This document shows, piece after piece, positions 1 to 13,862 of a stretch of 64,000 nucleotides of DNA (its first letter is position 1; the number at the start of each line of letters is the position of its first letter). The DNA is taken from positions 33,740,464 through 33,804,463 of the forward strand of contig NC_043011.1 in the NCBI RefSeq assembly GCF_006345805.1, in the 5' to 3' direction. The notes below the pieces were generated by a model, which was not told the origin of the DNA, made no database searches, and saw nothing but the letters and a program-made list of their open reading frames with translations. Source of the DNA: Octopus sinensis (lineage: Eukaryota). A program made the position numbers and the translations under genes.

Positions 1-324
1 CTGAACAAATGAATGGCAAAATTGACCTCAGAATGTAAAGAGCTGGAACAGATATTGCAAGCCATTTTGTCTGATGCTCTAATGATTTTGCTAGTAACAG
101 ATGAAATCAGAATAGAGTATCCAGTAGAACTGTTACGAAAGGTTTGCCCCTTTGTCACAACCAGAATCAAGAAAGTATTAGATAGTTGAAAAGAACAAAA
201 AGTATGGTAACCTATGACCAGTAAACAAGTGTCACCTTAGTCTGCTGGCTGTGGACAGTTGACACTTTCAATCATACCAGCAAAATAAGTTGTGAGTTTT
301 CATATAATGATGATGATGACGATG

Positions 325-376
<52 letters not shown>

Positions 377-715
377 TAATAATAATAATAATAGAATCTC
401 TAGGAATGATTAAAAAAAGGTACTGAAACCTATTTAAAAATGATGCCAGGCTTACCATCCCTAGAGGAAGTGCAAAAAATCGTGTTAACTGGAATGACTC
501 GTGTACTGAGAAGAGCATTATCACTATGAAAACAACATCCATTCATGAATTTATTTGTTTATTAATTTTTTTTAAATACATATTTTACCTGTAAATTTGT
601 GTGTGTAATCTGGGAATACATACAATGAGCTTCTCTGCCCTAGGTGTACGGAAAACACTCAGCGAGAAATGGAAGAAAATTTGACGAAAGAAGGAAAAAT
701 AATAATGATAATAGC

Positions 716-761
<46 letters not shown>

Positions 762-762
762 T

Positions 763-1354
763 GCCCTGATGCAGTACCAGGCAATGGCTCTCATGGCTAT
801 GCCCTGATGCAGTACCAGGCAGTGGCTCTCATGGCTTCTGATCTTAACTGATTGGAAGTGTTATCATGTACATTGTTTTGTCTTAGTATAAAAGATGCGC
901 TAAAGCAAATATTCTGCTCAATACCACAGATTTGCTTGTCAGTTGTTTGACCTTAACTAGTTGACCATGTCCCTTAGTGGCTGACGATATGTGCATCTCT
1001 GATCATGACCAGAAGTAGTGGGGGAGCATCATAGCCGTGTGCTGAAAGGAATTCTTGGAGGTTTGGATAATTCACCTTTAGAAACATGGGTGGTTTGTTC
1101 AACATCCTTAAAAAATCCTTATTCAGGGACCTTTTCAGCAGGATGAGCTACTCAACTAGAAGAAAATTCTAACTGGGCCTCACCTGCAAGGTCATGCGCT
1201 GTTTATCTTGATACGAGATCACCATGTCACGCACATATGGTTGTGATGCACGTGCCTGGTGTACCCTTATCAGACGGGTAGTCATGATGGGTATACTGGG
1301 CTTCGTATATTTTACCCCAGTGTCACTTTGATGGCATGAACTGCTCTCTCACTC
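763..1354. mobile_element. Unclassified ~590-bp interspersed repeat found in (TAA)n tracts
   Basis: GCCCTGATGCAGTACCAGGC...CTCTCTCACTC; copies at 10175-10765, 20190-20545 (partial) and 54351-54778 (partial), all in the same orientation. This copy has a 38-bp terminal duplication. Confidence 0.85.
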
Positions 1355-1401
<47 letters not shown>

Positions 1402-1642
1402 CATATCCTTTCTACTATAGAAACAAGGTCTGAAATTTTGTGAGAGGGCTAGTTGATTACATTGACCCCTAATGTTCAACTGGTATTTATTTCATCAACC
1501 CTGAAAAGATGAAAGACAAAGTCCAGCTCGGCAGAATTTTAACTCAGAACATTAAGATGGATGAGATGCTACTAAGAATTTTTTCCAGCATGCTAATAAT
1601 TCTGCAAGCTCACTGCCATGATGATGATGGTGATGATGGTGG

Positions 1643-1673
<31 letters not shown>

Positions 1674-1699
1674 ACAAATTCTCTACGACAGCAACTGAC

Positions 1700-1873
1700 C
1701 ATTTGGGGAGAAGAGGTCTCGATCAAAGACACTAATACATAAGACATCTTGGTGCACATCTCGAATGACAAACTGCATTGAGTCATTCCATTTGGGATTA
1801 AGGGTTCCATTGATGACTTTGGTCCTATGTTCTTGGCTTCCCATGCTCACTTCACAATAAGGGTCACTTTTTC
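1700..1873 (-). CDS. ITSN: Intersectin C2 core exon: (G)[57 protein letters not shown]
   Basis: 174 nt, phase 1-1; acceptor ccctcag, donor G/gtcagt; C2 motifs SDPYC, TLNPKWN, VFDRD. The terminal exon was not found in 1-1699. Confidence 0.96.
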
Positions 1874-2617
1874 CTGAGGGTTGCCAGGGCAACAGAAGAA
1901 AAAAATAGGTGTATTAGAAGGAGAAAAGATTGTATAAAAAATGTGGTATCATTTTTTAAAAAAACATGAAAAACAAATACATTTGCTTACGGAAGTGAAA
2001 CAGAAAGAAAGAAAATAATGATAATAATAATAATAATTCTTTCTAATTTCGGTACATGACCAACAATTTTGCAAGGAGGGGCAAATCAGTTACATTGACC
2101 CAATTACTCAACTGGTACTTTATTTTATTAACCCCCAATTCAAATCCCCAATGGGATTTGAACTCAGAACAAAGGGCCAGAAAAACTGCCACTAAGTGTA
2201 TTATTTGGCATAGAAATGATACTGCCAGCTCAATCCATCAATAATAATAATGATAATAATAATCCTTTCTACTATAGGCACAAGGCCTGAAATTTTGGAA
2301 GATAGGGCTCGCCAATTACCTTATTATTATTACTATAAGAACAATAAATATCCATGTAATATTTTTCTGCATAACTTCATTTGATTTTGTAAATGAACAA
2401 TCAGGTGTGTTTACAGTGAGTTCCTTTACCCTAAGTATCAGGAAGACATTCGGCAAGAAAGAGAAACAAAGTTGAGATATTCTGAGGAACATAAAGGAAA
2501 TGAAAATATAATATCCAGTAGACCTGTTGCAAAATATTTGCCTTCTTGGCATGGCCAGAATCATTAGAAAAGTATTAGATATTTGAAGAGAAGAAATAGC
2601 ATGGTATGATAGGCGGA

Positions 2618-3520
2618 TCTTTTCCCTTTGAATGGCAGATCGAGAAATTAATTTTTTGTAACTAAACACTTTCAAACTTCGGACACTGGTAGAATGTGTC
2701 ATATAAAACATCTTTTACTCTTAGCGTTTTTGAGAAAAGTTTATATTTAAGATGTTATTTCATGTTAAAGTTGTCGTATTTCGGTAATTTCAACCAATCA
2801 ATGACATGTATTCAGCTGAATAAATTACTGCCGTTACTTGTCAACAACAACTATACACAGTGGCTATACATGGTGTATATTTCATTTGTCACAGTTATTT
2901 ATGACATCGTTCGTGCATTTGTACTGGTTTTAGCTTTAAGGTTTTAGGGTTAGGGCTTTGGGGTTAGAGTTAGGGTTAGGGTTTTAGGGTGTTAGGGTTA
3001 GGGTTGGGGTTTTAGGGTTAGGGTTACGGCTTCAGGGTTAGAGTTATGGAAAATAATGAAAAATGAAGAAATTGGAGGGGTAGAGGCAGGGGGGGGGGGC
3101 AAAATGTCTTTTTGAAAATAGCAGCTGATAAACAGGAAAAAAGAAAATTAAAAGCCGCAGAAATGCACGAACAATTGTGGTGGTGCCATGAAGTAAATAT
3201 GCTTCAGATATAATTGTTTATTCATACAAACATAACTGAGATGAAATATGTCATAAATAACAGTGACAAACGAAATATATACTGCCGGAAGTTGTTGTTG
3301 ACAAACAACAGCAGTAATTTTACTTAGCTGAATACACGTCATTGATTGGTTGAAATACAACAACTTTAACACAAAATAACTTTGTAAATATAAACTTTTC
3401 TCAAAAATGCTAAGAGTAAAAGATGTTTTATATGACACATTCTACCAGTATACGAAGTTTAAAAGTGTTTATTAGTTACAAAAAATTCTTTTCTAAATCT
3501 GCCGGCCAAAAGGTAAAGAT
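2618..3520. mobile_element. Fold-back element with ~280-bp inverted arms and an internal degenerate (TTAGGG)n tract
   Basis: Arms ~2618-2906 and ~3247-3520; ORFs 2696+ and 3148- give near-identical translations. TTAGGG-like repeats at ~2935-3047. Confidence 0.85.
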
Positions 3521-4879
3521 CCCAATAGGCTGCAGATAGCAAGACTGCTACTCATGCAAGTTTCAAGATTCCAGGCATTACAACAAAACCTGAGTTAAAC
3601 GAACAATAATAATTTAGATATGACACATAGGGGTCGTGGTAGAAGTGAAATTGGATGTAAGCCTTAGGTTTTGAGACAACCTAATCATGTGTCAAGTAGT
3701 ATGTAGTAGATCGATATATCCAGGTGAATTTTTTTTAGATAAACATTACTGTTTTATTTTTTAATTTAGGTGCAAGCATGACCATGCATTTAAGAAGCTT
3801 GCTTCGCAACCATGTGGCTTTGAGTTCAGTCCCACTGTGTGGCACCTTAGGCAAATGTCTTCTATTATAGCTCCAGGCCAAACAATGCCTTGTGAGTGAA
3901 TCTGGGTACAAGAAGCTGTGTGGAATCCCTTCATGTGTGTCTATTTCTTAGTATTTGTGTTTGTCCCCACCATGACTTGACAACTGGTGTTGATTTGTTT
4001 ACATTCCCTTAACTTATTAGTTTGGCAAAGGAAAACGAGAGAATAAAAACCAGACGTAAAACATAAATACTGATGTGCTTGACTCGAAACCTTCCAAGGT
4101 GGTGCCCCAGCATGGCTGCAGTCTTATGACTGAAACAAGTAAAAAGGTAAAAAGAGCATCATCTTTTTTTCCCCAGGATCTCGTAACTGTAAAAGTAAGT
4201 TATTCCCAAAACAGGGACCTGGCTTGACCGTTTGCAACAGCATGCTATTCTGGTCAAAAGCACCCATAGGTGTGGTGGTCTTTTTGTTTTTTCTATGCTT
4301 TGTTTTTTTTTTTCCATAATAAATGAAGACAGAGACACAGATACATTCCTTATATCTCATCACATAAAAGAAATAAAATAAAAATTAAATGGAAATGTAT
4401 AACTGATATCATAACAAAAATATGAGTTCAAATCCTACCAGATTTGACAAAACATTGTCTTTCCAGGATGAGATAGAGTTGGAGTGAGGGAGCCTATAAA
4501 ATAAGAATCAGCCAAGTATTTGGGTCAATATGATCAAGTATACACTTTATATTTCAATCAAAATGCGCATCATTATGTTAGAAATCAATAAGATTATAAT
4601 TTTCTAGTCAATTAATTACTGTCATCATCAGAGTATAATAGAGTAATAGAGAGTGTGCACAAATATATATATATATATATATTGTTTTGGTACAATGGTA
4701 GAACATCTATCATGTTTACAGAAGATGTAAGTTCATGTCACATAGCCAGCCTTTGCCTTTTTCTATCCCCCAAAATTTTTAAACCCAATATTTACAAGTT
4801 ATTACTTATAACTTAATTAACTCCAAATTCCACCATCAAAATTATTAATTTCACATATTTAAAAATTTCTAATTTATGA

Positions 4880-4920
<41 letters not shown>

Positions 4921-6122
4921 GCGCACACACATACATATATATATGTATATACATGGTGGCTCTTTGTCCTTGCAGGGATTGACCTCTTCTTGTACATATA
5001 ATTGCTCTTTCCTAATGTAAGATCTTAAATTACTTTTGGGTTCTGAAAAGCATATGGGGTACAGCATTTAAAACTGAAATAAACACTTCAAATTGTATAG
5101 TCTCCCCACTGTCCTGTTTTGAGGATATTACAGCATTAATAGGCTAAAACGAAGGTTTTCTGGTTCAAATTTAGACTGGTATTATCTACACATCTGTGAA
5201 GCTGTGAAACCTAATGATTAGGGTGATCCTAAGTTCATGGTTTTAATTCCTGGACTGGATAGGGGGTTGTGTTCTTGAACAAAACACTTCATTTTATGTT
5301 GCTCCAGTGTAAATATATATAACATCTGTACATCTACTGTACAGATTATTAGCACCATCTTTAGAATGTATATTCACAATATTTCTAAATCTTCACTCAT
5401 CACTCTTTACACATCCTTTACACAGTGGATAAGAACATTATTATTCTTAGCTTAGAAGTAAAGGTCCCTATTTTGAATCTAACCTAGTATTTTGATACAA
5501 AACCCAGATTATAGTAACTAATGACCATTGGAGATGAAATCAACTGAACAAAACATTTCATGTTGCTCCAGTCCACTCAGCTATAAAATGAGTTGCAGCA
5601 GTAGAGGGGAAGTTAACCCTGCGATGGACTGGTGTCCCATTCAGGGGGAAAGTGTGTTGTAATCTCAGTTACTTATACAACAGGAAAACTGGGTTAAATC
5701 CAGCCTTATAAATGCTAGGATTCAGTTCTAGGTCTAAGTATCAAAGCAAGTGTCTTTACATTTAGGAATAGGACATCTGAAGATGATAGGAGGTCAAATC
5801 GGTCAACCCAATAGAAATGTAGTCTTGATAGTTTGTTGTAGCTAAATATGGCTAAGGCCATGTTGGACTATTACCTTCTAGTATCGGTGCCATTTTTTAT
5901 TTGTGTGGAGGAGTGTGGGGGAGGGGTACAAAAACCCATTTATCTTTAATGATGATGCCAGTAGTCAGGAAAAGTGATTTAATGTTCCCTTCATCTTGGA
6001 CATTAAGACATGGTTTTCAACTTCCAAGTATATTTTCTTTCTTTCTTTTTCACTTCAGACACATTAAACATGTAAGAAAAAATTACAAAGAATTTTTTTT
6101 TTTAAATATTATATATTTAAAA

Positions 6123-6159
<37 letters not shown>

Positions 6160-7680
6160 TATTGTTGTTAGTGATGTTAGAGTGCCACAAACAGTTTCGG
6201 TGTCAGTTGCATCACAAGAATATAGTTGAAAACATAGCACATTACAATAAACACTTCCTCTTGGCCATTTAACAGGACTGAAGCAACAGTTAAAGAATAT
6301 AGACAACACTTGTTCAGACTGAACACAAATCTTTGTAACAAATAAAATAAAACAAAAACAAAAAAAAAAAACTAAACAGACCGCAAAGAAAAAAACACAA
6401 TAAATCAACGAATTTAACTCTATATAATAGGTGTGACAGTGTGGTTAAGAAACTTGCTTCCTAACCCTGTGGTTCTGAGTTCAGTTCCACTGTACAGCAC
6501 TTTGGTCAAGTGTTTTCTACAATAGCCCCAGACACACAAAAGCCTTGTGAGTGGATTTAGTTGACAGAAACTAAAATAAGCTTGCTGTTTGTCTATATGT
6601 ATGTATGAGTGCGTTTATGTATGTATATGTGTATGTGTGTATGTATTTGTGTGTACCCTTTGACAACTAACATCATCATCATTATCATGCAAACGATGAT
6701 GGTCATTTCCAGAAACATGTCTGGTCATGAGGAAAGATTGCTTTGCTTGAAAACAGGTGAGGGTTGGTGACAGGAAGAACATCCAGCCATAGAAAATCTG
6801 CCTTGACAAATTCCATCCAACCCAAGCATGCATGGAAAAGTGGATGTTAAAACGGTGATGATGATGATGGTCATAATTTGGTCATAATTAATCAATTGCT
6901 GGAGGAAGGCCTCAACACACCACCACTATCAGTACAGGCTGTAGGCCTACATTCATGTCAATACTGGTCAATTACAAGTATTTGCATGGTCAGGTGCTTA
7001 TCCCTGGCCATTGATAGCTAGATAGAATTTGAACTCAGAATGCAAATGAGTCAGAGCCAATCCAACCAGGCATCTTCTCTGACACTCTAACAATTCAGCC
7101 AGTCTACTGCCCTTGTCAACTACTTTATTCACTGACCCCAGTATGGAGGAAAGGCAATACTGACCTAGGTGGAATTTGAACTCAGACTACAGAATGAATA
7201 CTACAAGATGGGTTGTCTGATGCTTTAATCACTCACCCATTTTACCACCTATACAACACCAACATCATTATCATTAACATTATTGTAAAGCACTGCTGCT
7301 TATCATTATCATATTTATTAAAATTAAGAGCAACACTAATGACAGTAAACTGAGTGCAGGCATAGTCATGTAGTTAAGAAGTTCACTTCATAGTCGCCTG
7401 GTTCCAGGTTCAGTCCCACAATGCAGAATCTCAGGTAAAAGTTTTTTCTATCACAAGTATGTCTCAGGCCAACCGAAATTTTATGAGTAAAACAAGGTTA
7501 CAGAAAGTGTAGAGAAGCCCATTAAATGGACTTTTCCCTTGCTTATGTTCATAAGCAGCAGACTTATCTGTTGCCCTGTTGAACACCACTGCCATCACCT
7601 CTATCATCATCACCAGGTCCTTGGATGTCTTTAGGAGATTCCATTCTTTTGCAAACATATAGAATGGGTTACCAGATTAA

Positions 7681-7898
7681 CTCTTTAGTATTTAAACAAG
7701 CCATATCAAGCCCAAATACTCTACCTGGTTTATGTTCAAAATGGCCATATCTGGTCTCTTACACCTACCCTACAATGCCATTCTGATGTTAATATTCACA
7801 TCGTTGAAATCTTGAAGCTACAAGATTATGCATGATTCATTCAAAATAATATGAATAAATAAGCATGACATTCAACAAAGAAATTTGAAGCTAAAGGG
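7681..7898. mobile_element. piggyBac-type MITE
   Basis: TTAA TSD on both sides; ends CTCTTTAG / CTAAAGGG. Confidence 0.7.
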
Positions 7899-9236
7899 TT
7901 AATGACAATTCATGAGTCGGGTTTTTTTCTGTTAGTGTTTTTTTTTTGCTTTTTTTGCTTTTGCTTTTCCTCTGTTTACCCAAACAAGTTTTGAAGGCCC
8001 TGAAAAATGTTCAGATTTCTTTATTTTGTTTGTTTGTTTTTGGTTCATAGTTCTTTTTTTTTTTTTTTTTTAATTTTTGCATTTTTTGGTAGGGGCTACC
8101 AGTTTCCTGACTAAGCTATAAAAACAAAAACAAACAAAAAGCAAAAAACAAACAGAAGCAATGACTTTTTGCTGAACCTGAAGCTGCATCAATAGAAGCA
8201 ACATCTGCAACAACAGCAACAACAGCAACAACAGCAGCAAGAAAAGCAGCAGCACAACAGCACTTTAAAGCCATAAAAAATAAGATGGAAAAATCTGAGG
8301 AAATTAGTGTTAGTCTTCATCTATGAAGTTACCACCATCTTCCTATGACTAACACAATTCGTCCACTTCACTGCAAATTGCTATACTAGCAATGAACACT
8401 GGTTCCTGTCACCCATCACATAGTTGCTTCTATAAAAGGCCTGCGGTTGTGGAGTGGAATTATCGCCCACTTGTCTAAGTCAAAGATTAATAGGAGCACA
8501 CATGGGCTATGTGGTTAAGAAGCTTGCTCTGCAAAGCAGGTAGTTTGGGGTTCAGTCCCATTGTGGAGCACCTTGGGCAAGTGCCTTCTACTACAACACT
8601 GAGCTGGCCAATGCCTTGTGAGTAAATTTGGGAGGTGGAAATTGTGTGGAAGCCTGTCATGTGTGTGTGTGTGTGTTTGTATTTGTGTTTACCCTCAACT
8701 TCTCTTGACGGCCGGTGTTGCTTTATTTACATCCTCGTAACTTAGTGGTCTTTGAGAAGAAGACCAACAGAATAAGTACCAGACTTTAAGAAAAGGCTGA
8801 GTACTGAGGTTGATTTGTTTGACTAAACCTTTCAAGGCACTGCTCCAGCTTGGCTGCAGTCCATTGACCGAAACAAGTAAAAAAAAAAATAAACAAACAA
8901 TAAATAAAGATAAGACAGAAATATGAATGGAGTAGAATTACTAATATTCTCAATAATATTTTATCCATGTGAATTAGAGAGACCAAATGGAATGTTACAT
9001 TATTCCACATTTAACTCTAGCAAACACCAAAGTTATGAAAATAAGTTGATAACTACGAATGACCTTTCCATTTTTGGCACAGTTTCTATTGCTGGATGCC
9101 CTTCAAAATACCAACCATTTTACAAAATACCACTGACTGCATTTTTAAATTAAGCATCAGCAAGACTACAGAGCCCACTTGGCTCTAGTGCTCTTTTGAA
9201 TTTCGGGTCTTCTTAACTTAAAGGATTCTCCTAAAC

Positions 9237-9581
9237 CAATGGTTCTCAACCATTTCTTTACCTATGGACCACTTACATTACTTTACTATTTTATTCTGGT
9301 GGACCCTGTTCCCTATAGCCATTCAATGTTTAAAAACAAGTTTTATAGATACTTCTTCCAAAACTCCTATTCTGTTTATCAGATGTTCACTTATGTAGGT
9401 TTGCAATAGCATTCTTTGAGAGAATATTTCAGTGGCTGGAAACATTAGCGTAAGAAACCTAGTTGTTTCCAAAGCAAAACATTTTCATTGACCCTAAAAT
9501 ACTACTGTGGGTCTCCAACTTACTATTTTCCTACCATGGACCTCATAAAAACTTCATATAGACTCCAATTGAGAACCATTG
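9237..9581. mobile_element. hAT-type MITE
   Basis: TIR CAATGGTTCTCAA / TTGAGAACCATTG; perfect 8-bp TSD TCCTAAAC (9229-9236 and 9582-9589). Confidence 0.88.
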
Positions 9582-9662
9582 TCCTAAACATTGTTTTCTA
9601 CCACCACCACCACAAGTAGTAGTCACAGTAGTAGTAGTAGCAGTAGTAGTAGTAGTAGTAGC

Positions 9663-9694
<32 letters not shown>

Positions 9695-10088
9695 ACAACT
9701 ATTATTAGAAATAAACACATCTTATGTGAGAAGTGCCTAGTTAATCACTGCATGTACTCTGTGCTATTACAGGGTGAAAGCGAAACAGTAACAATGGCTA
9801 AGAACTACAACAAACTGAACAACAACAACAACAACACAACAACAATAATCGTTTCAAATTTTGCCACAAGGGCAGCAATTTTGGGGGAGGGGATGAGTCA
9901 ATTACATCGACCCCAGTGTTCAACTGGTACTCATTTTATCGACCCCGAAAGGATGAAAGGCAAAGTCGACCTCGGTGGAATCTGAACTCAAAATTTAAAG
10001 ACAGACGTAATACCACTAAGCATTTCATCTAGCATGCTAACGATTCTGCCAGCTTGCCACCCTAATAATGATAATGATAATAATAATG

Positions 10089-10174
<86 letters not shown>

Positions 10175-11009
10175 GCCCTGATGCTGTACCAGACAGTGGC
10201 TCTCATGGCTTCTGATCTTAACTGATTGGAAGTGTTATCATGTACATTGTTTTATCTTGGTATAAAAGATGGGCTACAGCAAATATTTTTCTCAATACCA
10301 CAGATTTGCTTGTAAGTTGTTTGACCTTAACCAGTTGAACATGTCTCTTAGTGGCTGATGATATGTGAATCTCAGCCCATGAGCAGAAGTAGTGGGGGAG
10401 CATCATAGCCTTGTGTTGAAAGGAATTCTTGGAGGTTTGGATAATTCACCTTTGGAAACATGGGTGGTTCATTCAACATCGTTAAATAATCCCTATTCGG
10501 GGACCTTTTGAGCGGGATGGGCTACTCGACCAGAAGAAAATTCTAACTGGGCCCCACCTGCAAGGACATGCGCTGTTTATCTTGATACGAGATTACCATG
10601 TTGCGCACATATGGTTGTGATGCCTTATCAGACGGGTAGTCTGATAAGGCATCACAGACGGGTAGTCTGGTGTACCCTTATCAGATGGGTAGTCATGATG
10701 GGTATACTGGGATTTGTATATTTTACCCCAGTGTCACTTTAATGGCATGCACTCCTCTCTCACTCAATAATAATAATAATAATAATAATAATAGCCATTT
10801 CAAATTTTGGTACAAGACCAGTAATTTTAGGTCGAGAGGGAAAATAATCAATTACATTGATCTCCAGTACCTGACCAGTACTTTATTTTGTCAATCCCCA
10901 AAGGATGAAAGGCAAAGTTGACCTCAGTGGTATTTGAACTCAGAGCGTAAAGACAGACAACACACCACTAAGCATTTTGTCTAACAATTCTAAAGCTCAC
11001 TGCCTTAAC

Positions 11010-11061
<52 letters not shown>

Positions 11062-11250
11062 GTTTCAAATTTTAGTACGAGGCCAGCAATTGTGGGGGAG
11101 GGTGCAGGTCGATTTCATCAACTCCAGTACACAACTGGTACTTATATTTGAAAGGATGGGAGACAAAGTTGACCTGAAGAGCATTTAAACTCAGAACGTA
11201 ATGACAGACAAAGCATTTCGTCTGGCATGCTAACGATTCAGTCAGCTTAA

Positions 11251-11471
11251 CCTTTTCGTTACTGTATTTATTTTGAGATGCTCTGTGATTCTCTCAATTA
11301 TTTTAGATGTAACAAAGAATTTATTAAAATAACTTCGTTATCATTAAGCTCGTGTTAGGAACATAAATTGTGACTAAGGTTTGGTGGAAGATTTTAATTC
11401 AAAATTTATGAAAACAAGACATTTGTACTACAGAGCCAGAGCCGGTTTCAGCCGGGTTGGTAACGAAAGGG
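11251..11471. mobile_element. piggyBac-type MITE
   Basis: TTAA TSD; TIR CCTTTTCGTTAC / GTAACGAAAGGG. Confidence 0.78.
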
Positions 11472-11569
11472 TTAATAATAATCTTTTCTACTCTAGGCAC
11501 AAGGCCTAACATTTTTGGGGGAGGGGGCCAGTCAATTAGATTGACCCCAATATGCAATTAATAATAGTC

Positions 11570-11780
11570 TTTTCTACTAAAGGCATGAGGCCTGAAATTT
11601 GTGGGGAGGGTACTAGTTGATTACATCGACCCCAGTACTCAAACTGGTACTTACTTCATCGACCCCGAAAGGATGAAAGGCAAAGTCAACCTTGACAGTA
11701 TATGAACTCAGAATGTGAAGACGGATGAAATACCGCTAAGCATTTCGCCCGGCATGCTAACGATTCTGCCACCTCACCAC
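11570..11780 (-). mobile_element. MetaSINE-like tRNA-derived SINE (representative copy)
   Basis: A box TGGCAGAATCG, B box GAGTTCA, core CTTTGCCTTTCATCCTTTCGGGGTCGATG. Other approximate copies: 1385-1600, 2035-2235, 9845-10060, 10790-11005, 11060-11245, 16975-17165, 21710-22320 (three), 40184-41440 (about five), 54095-54300, 55005-55135 (all minus); 27340-27405, 43075-43210, 59375-59590 (plus). Confidence 0.8.
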
Positions 11781-11818
11781 CTTCAATAATAATAATAATC
11801 ATGATAATAATAATAATA

Positions 11819-11869
<51 letters not shown>

Positions 11870-11959
11870 GTAATAATAATAACAATAATAATAATAATAA
11901 CAACAATAATAATAATAATAGTAATAATAATCGTAATAATAATAATAACAATAATAATA

Positions 11960-11990
<31 letters not shown>

Positions 11991-12070
11991 TCATAATAAT
12001 AATAATAACAACAACAACGGTACTGTTGAAGATTGAAATCGTTTGTGACCAATTCAAATGCTCAGCATAC

Positions 12071-12148
12071 CATTCAAGTCACATGCCACAAGATTGATGC
12101 CCTCTAAAATCACAACCAGCAGACGTCCAATTCCTCCAGTCCGTTTGG
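12071..12148 (-). CDS. ITSN: Intersectin C2 beta1/loop1 alternative exon B: (S)KRTGGIGRLLVVILEGINLVACDLN(G)
   Basis: 78 nt, phase 1-1; long pyrimidine tract ending cactttctctcag, donor G/gtatgc; GIGRLxVxxxEGIxL motif of intersectin C2. Confidence 0.88.
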
Positions 12149-12205
12149 CTGAGAGAAAGTGAAAACAAAAACAAAAGAAAAAAGATAGAAAGAAAAAAAA
12201 ATAGC

Positions 12206-12298
12206 ATGCAAGTAAGGTAAAGGGTAGGTAGGAGAGGCTGAGCCATGCAGGGTGGATTATCAAGCAATGTTTGTGGCATAAAGTTAATAATACATGCA
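12206..12298 (-). promoter_or_regulatory. Cluster of three UGCAUG (RBFOX-type) intronic splicing motifs upstream of exon B
   Basis: Plus-strand CATGCA at 12206, 12244 and 12293, i.e. 58-150 nt upstream of the acceptor, in non-microsatellite sequence. Confidence 0.55.
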
Positions 12299-12699
12299 AG
12301 AACAATTACATGATGGGTGATATGGTTGATATCCTATTTTGAAATGTTGGAATAATAAATGGTATAGAATGAGATATCTAAGTTCTTGATAACATTTTAA
12401 CAGTGTCTGTTTGTTTTTGATATTGTTATTTTTTCTGTTTAGTTTCTTTTTAACACTACAGTGTAATAAATAATCATATTGCACACATGTAAACGCATAC
12501 AAATATCCATGTACAAACATGCACACACACACACATATATACACATATATACACTCTTACATACACACACTCCTAAATTAGTGTTAAATCTGTCAACAAA
12601 ATTTCACCCCTTCATATCAAACATGCACTAAATGTACAGTCCATAATATATTTCAGATCTATGCAAGGAGCAGGTTCCAAGTGAGGTGAATATCTATTG

Positions 12700-12736
<37 letters not shown>

Positions 12737-13862
12737 CACACACACACACAAAAGCCAAACTTGCTATCTTCAATTTGGTGTTTGTGCTTACCCTTGGTCA
12801 GGAATCTTAGGTAATGACTAAAGGAATGTGACCAAAGATTCTATTTCTTAACATTTTCTTATCATTGTCAAAGACTTTATCACTCTATTTTAATACGTCT
12901 ATGTTAACTATATTTTAACACCACAAAGGCTACAGAAAGCCTTACATTTTACTTTGGAAAATCTTTTTTTTTTTAAATGAAAGCCGGCAAGTCAATAAAC
13001 ATCTTTAAAATACCTCTGCATTTTCAAATCCTCTATATGCATGAAAATACATACCTAAAACATTGAAATCTGCATATACATACATACACACATACATACA
13101 TACATACAAAAATACCCTGTTACTGATGTTGAAATTCCAATGAAGGAACCTTAGATCTAGATTAGAAACCAGTTCTTTTTCTATTGGCAAGAAATCTTGA
13201 AATAAACTGAATAATGACATACATACATACATACATACATACATACATACATACATTCTATACCAACAGACAGACACTCTGTTAATCTATCTATGGTAAG
13301 GGTCTCACATATGTATTACTATAGTGAATTGAAAAACTTCAGTTAACTAGATTTAGCCATGTAATTAATTAGATGGCAAGAACCCATGCTAAAATATAAA
13401 AATCGAACACACGAACAAACTCAATCAAAAGCTAAAATGAGCCAAGGGGAATAACTCAAATGGGTCAGCATATTGGATATATGAGCCCCTATCATAGTAT
13501 TTGTATTTAGAAGGAAGAACACTTCTGTGAGATTATTCGCCCCACTCCACACTCAACCCTGTTTGTAGAAATTCACATTTACAGACACTCAAACACTGTG
13601 TGGGTTTTATAAATGAAGAAGTGAGAAGGGGCTCTATGGTTGTTATGATGATGTCAGATACATGCAACGGGGTTAATAAAACACATGCAAACAATGTTCA
13701 TTGTGCACCTAAAAAAAAACAAATGGACAAAAACAGGATAACAAAGTTATTTGATATAAATATTATTTTTCTATTTGAAAAGAGACAAGTGTTATTAGAT
13801 TCAAACAGATCAGTAAGAAACAAGAATTACATACATTAACAACAAACATAGATTATCTATAT

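Noticed and set aside
2935-3047. True telomere or chromosome fusion site
   Set aside because: Short, degenerate, single orientation, and enclosed by the arms of a fold-back element.
12061-12070. U12-type donor as the exclusivity mechanism for exon B
   Set aside because: The donor is GTATGCTG, not the U12 consensus GTATCCTT.
13500-13550. Minus-strand GVGRII after a CAG, resembling GIGRLL (possible third paralogous exon)
   Set aside because: Wrong phase, stop after a few codons, no EGI motif and no matching donor.
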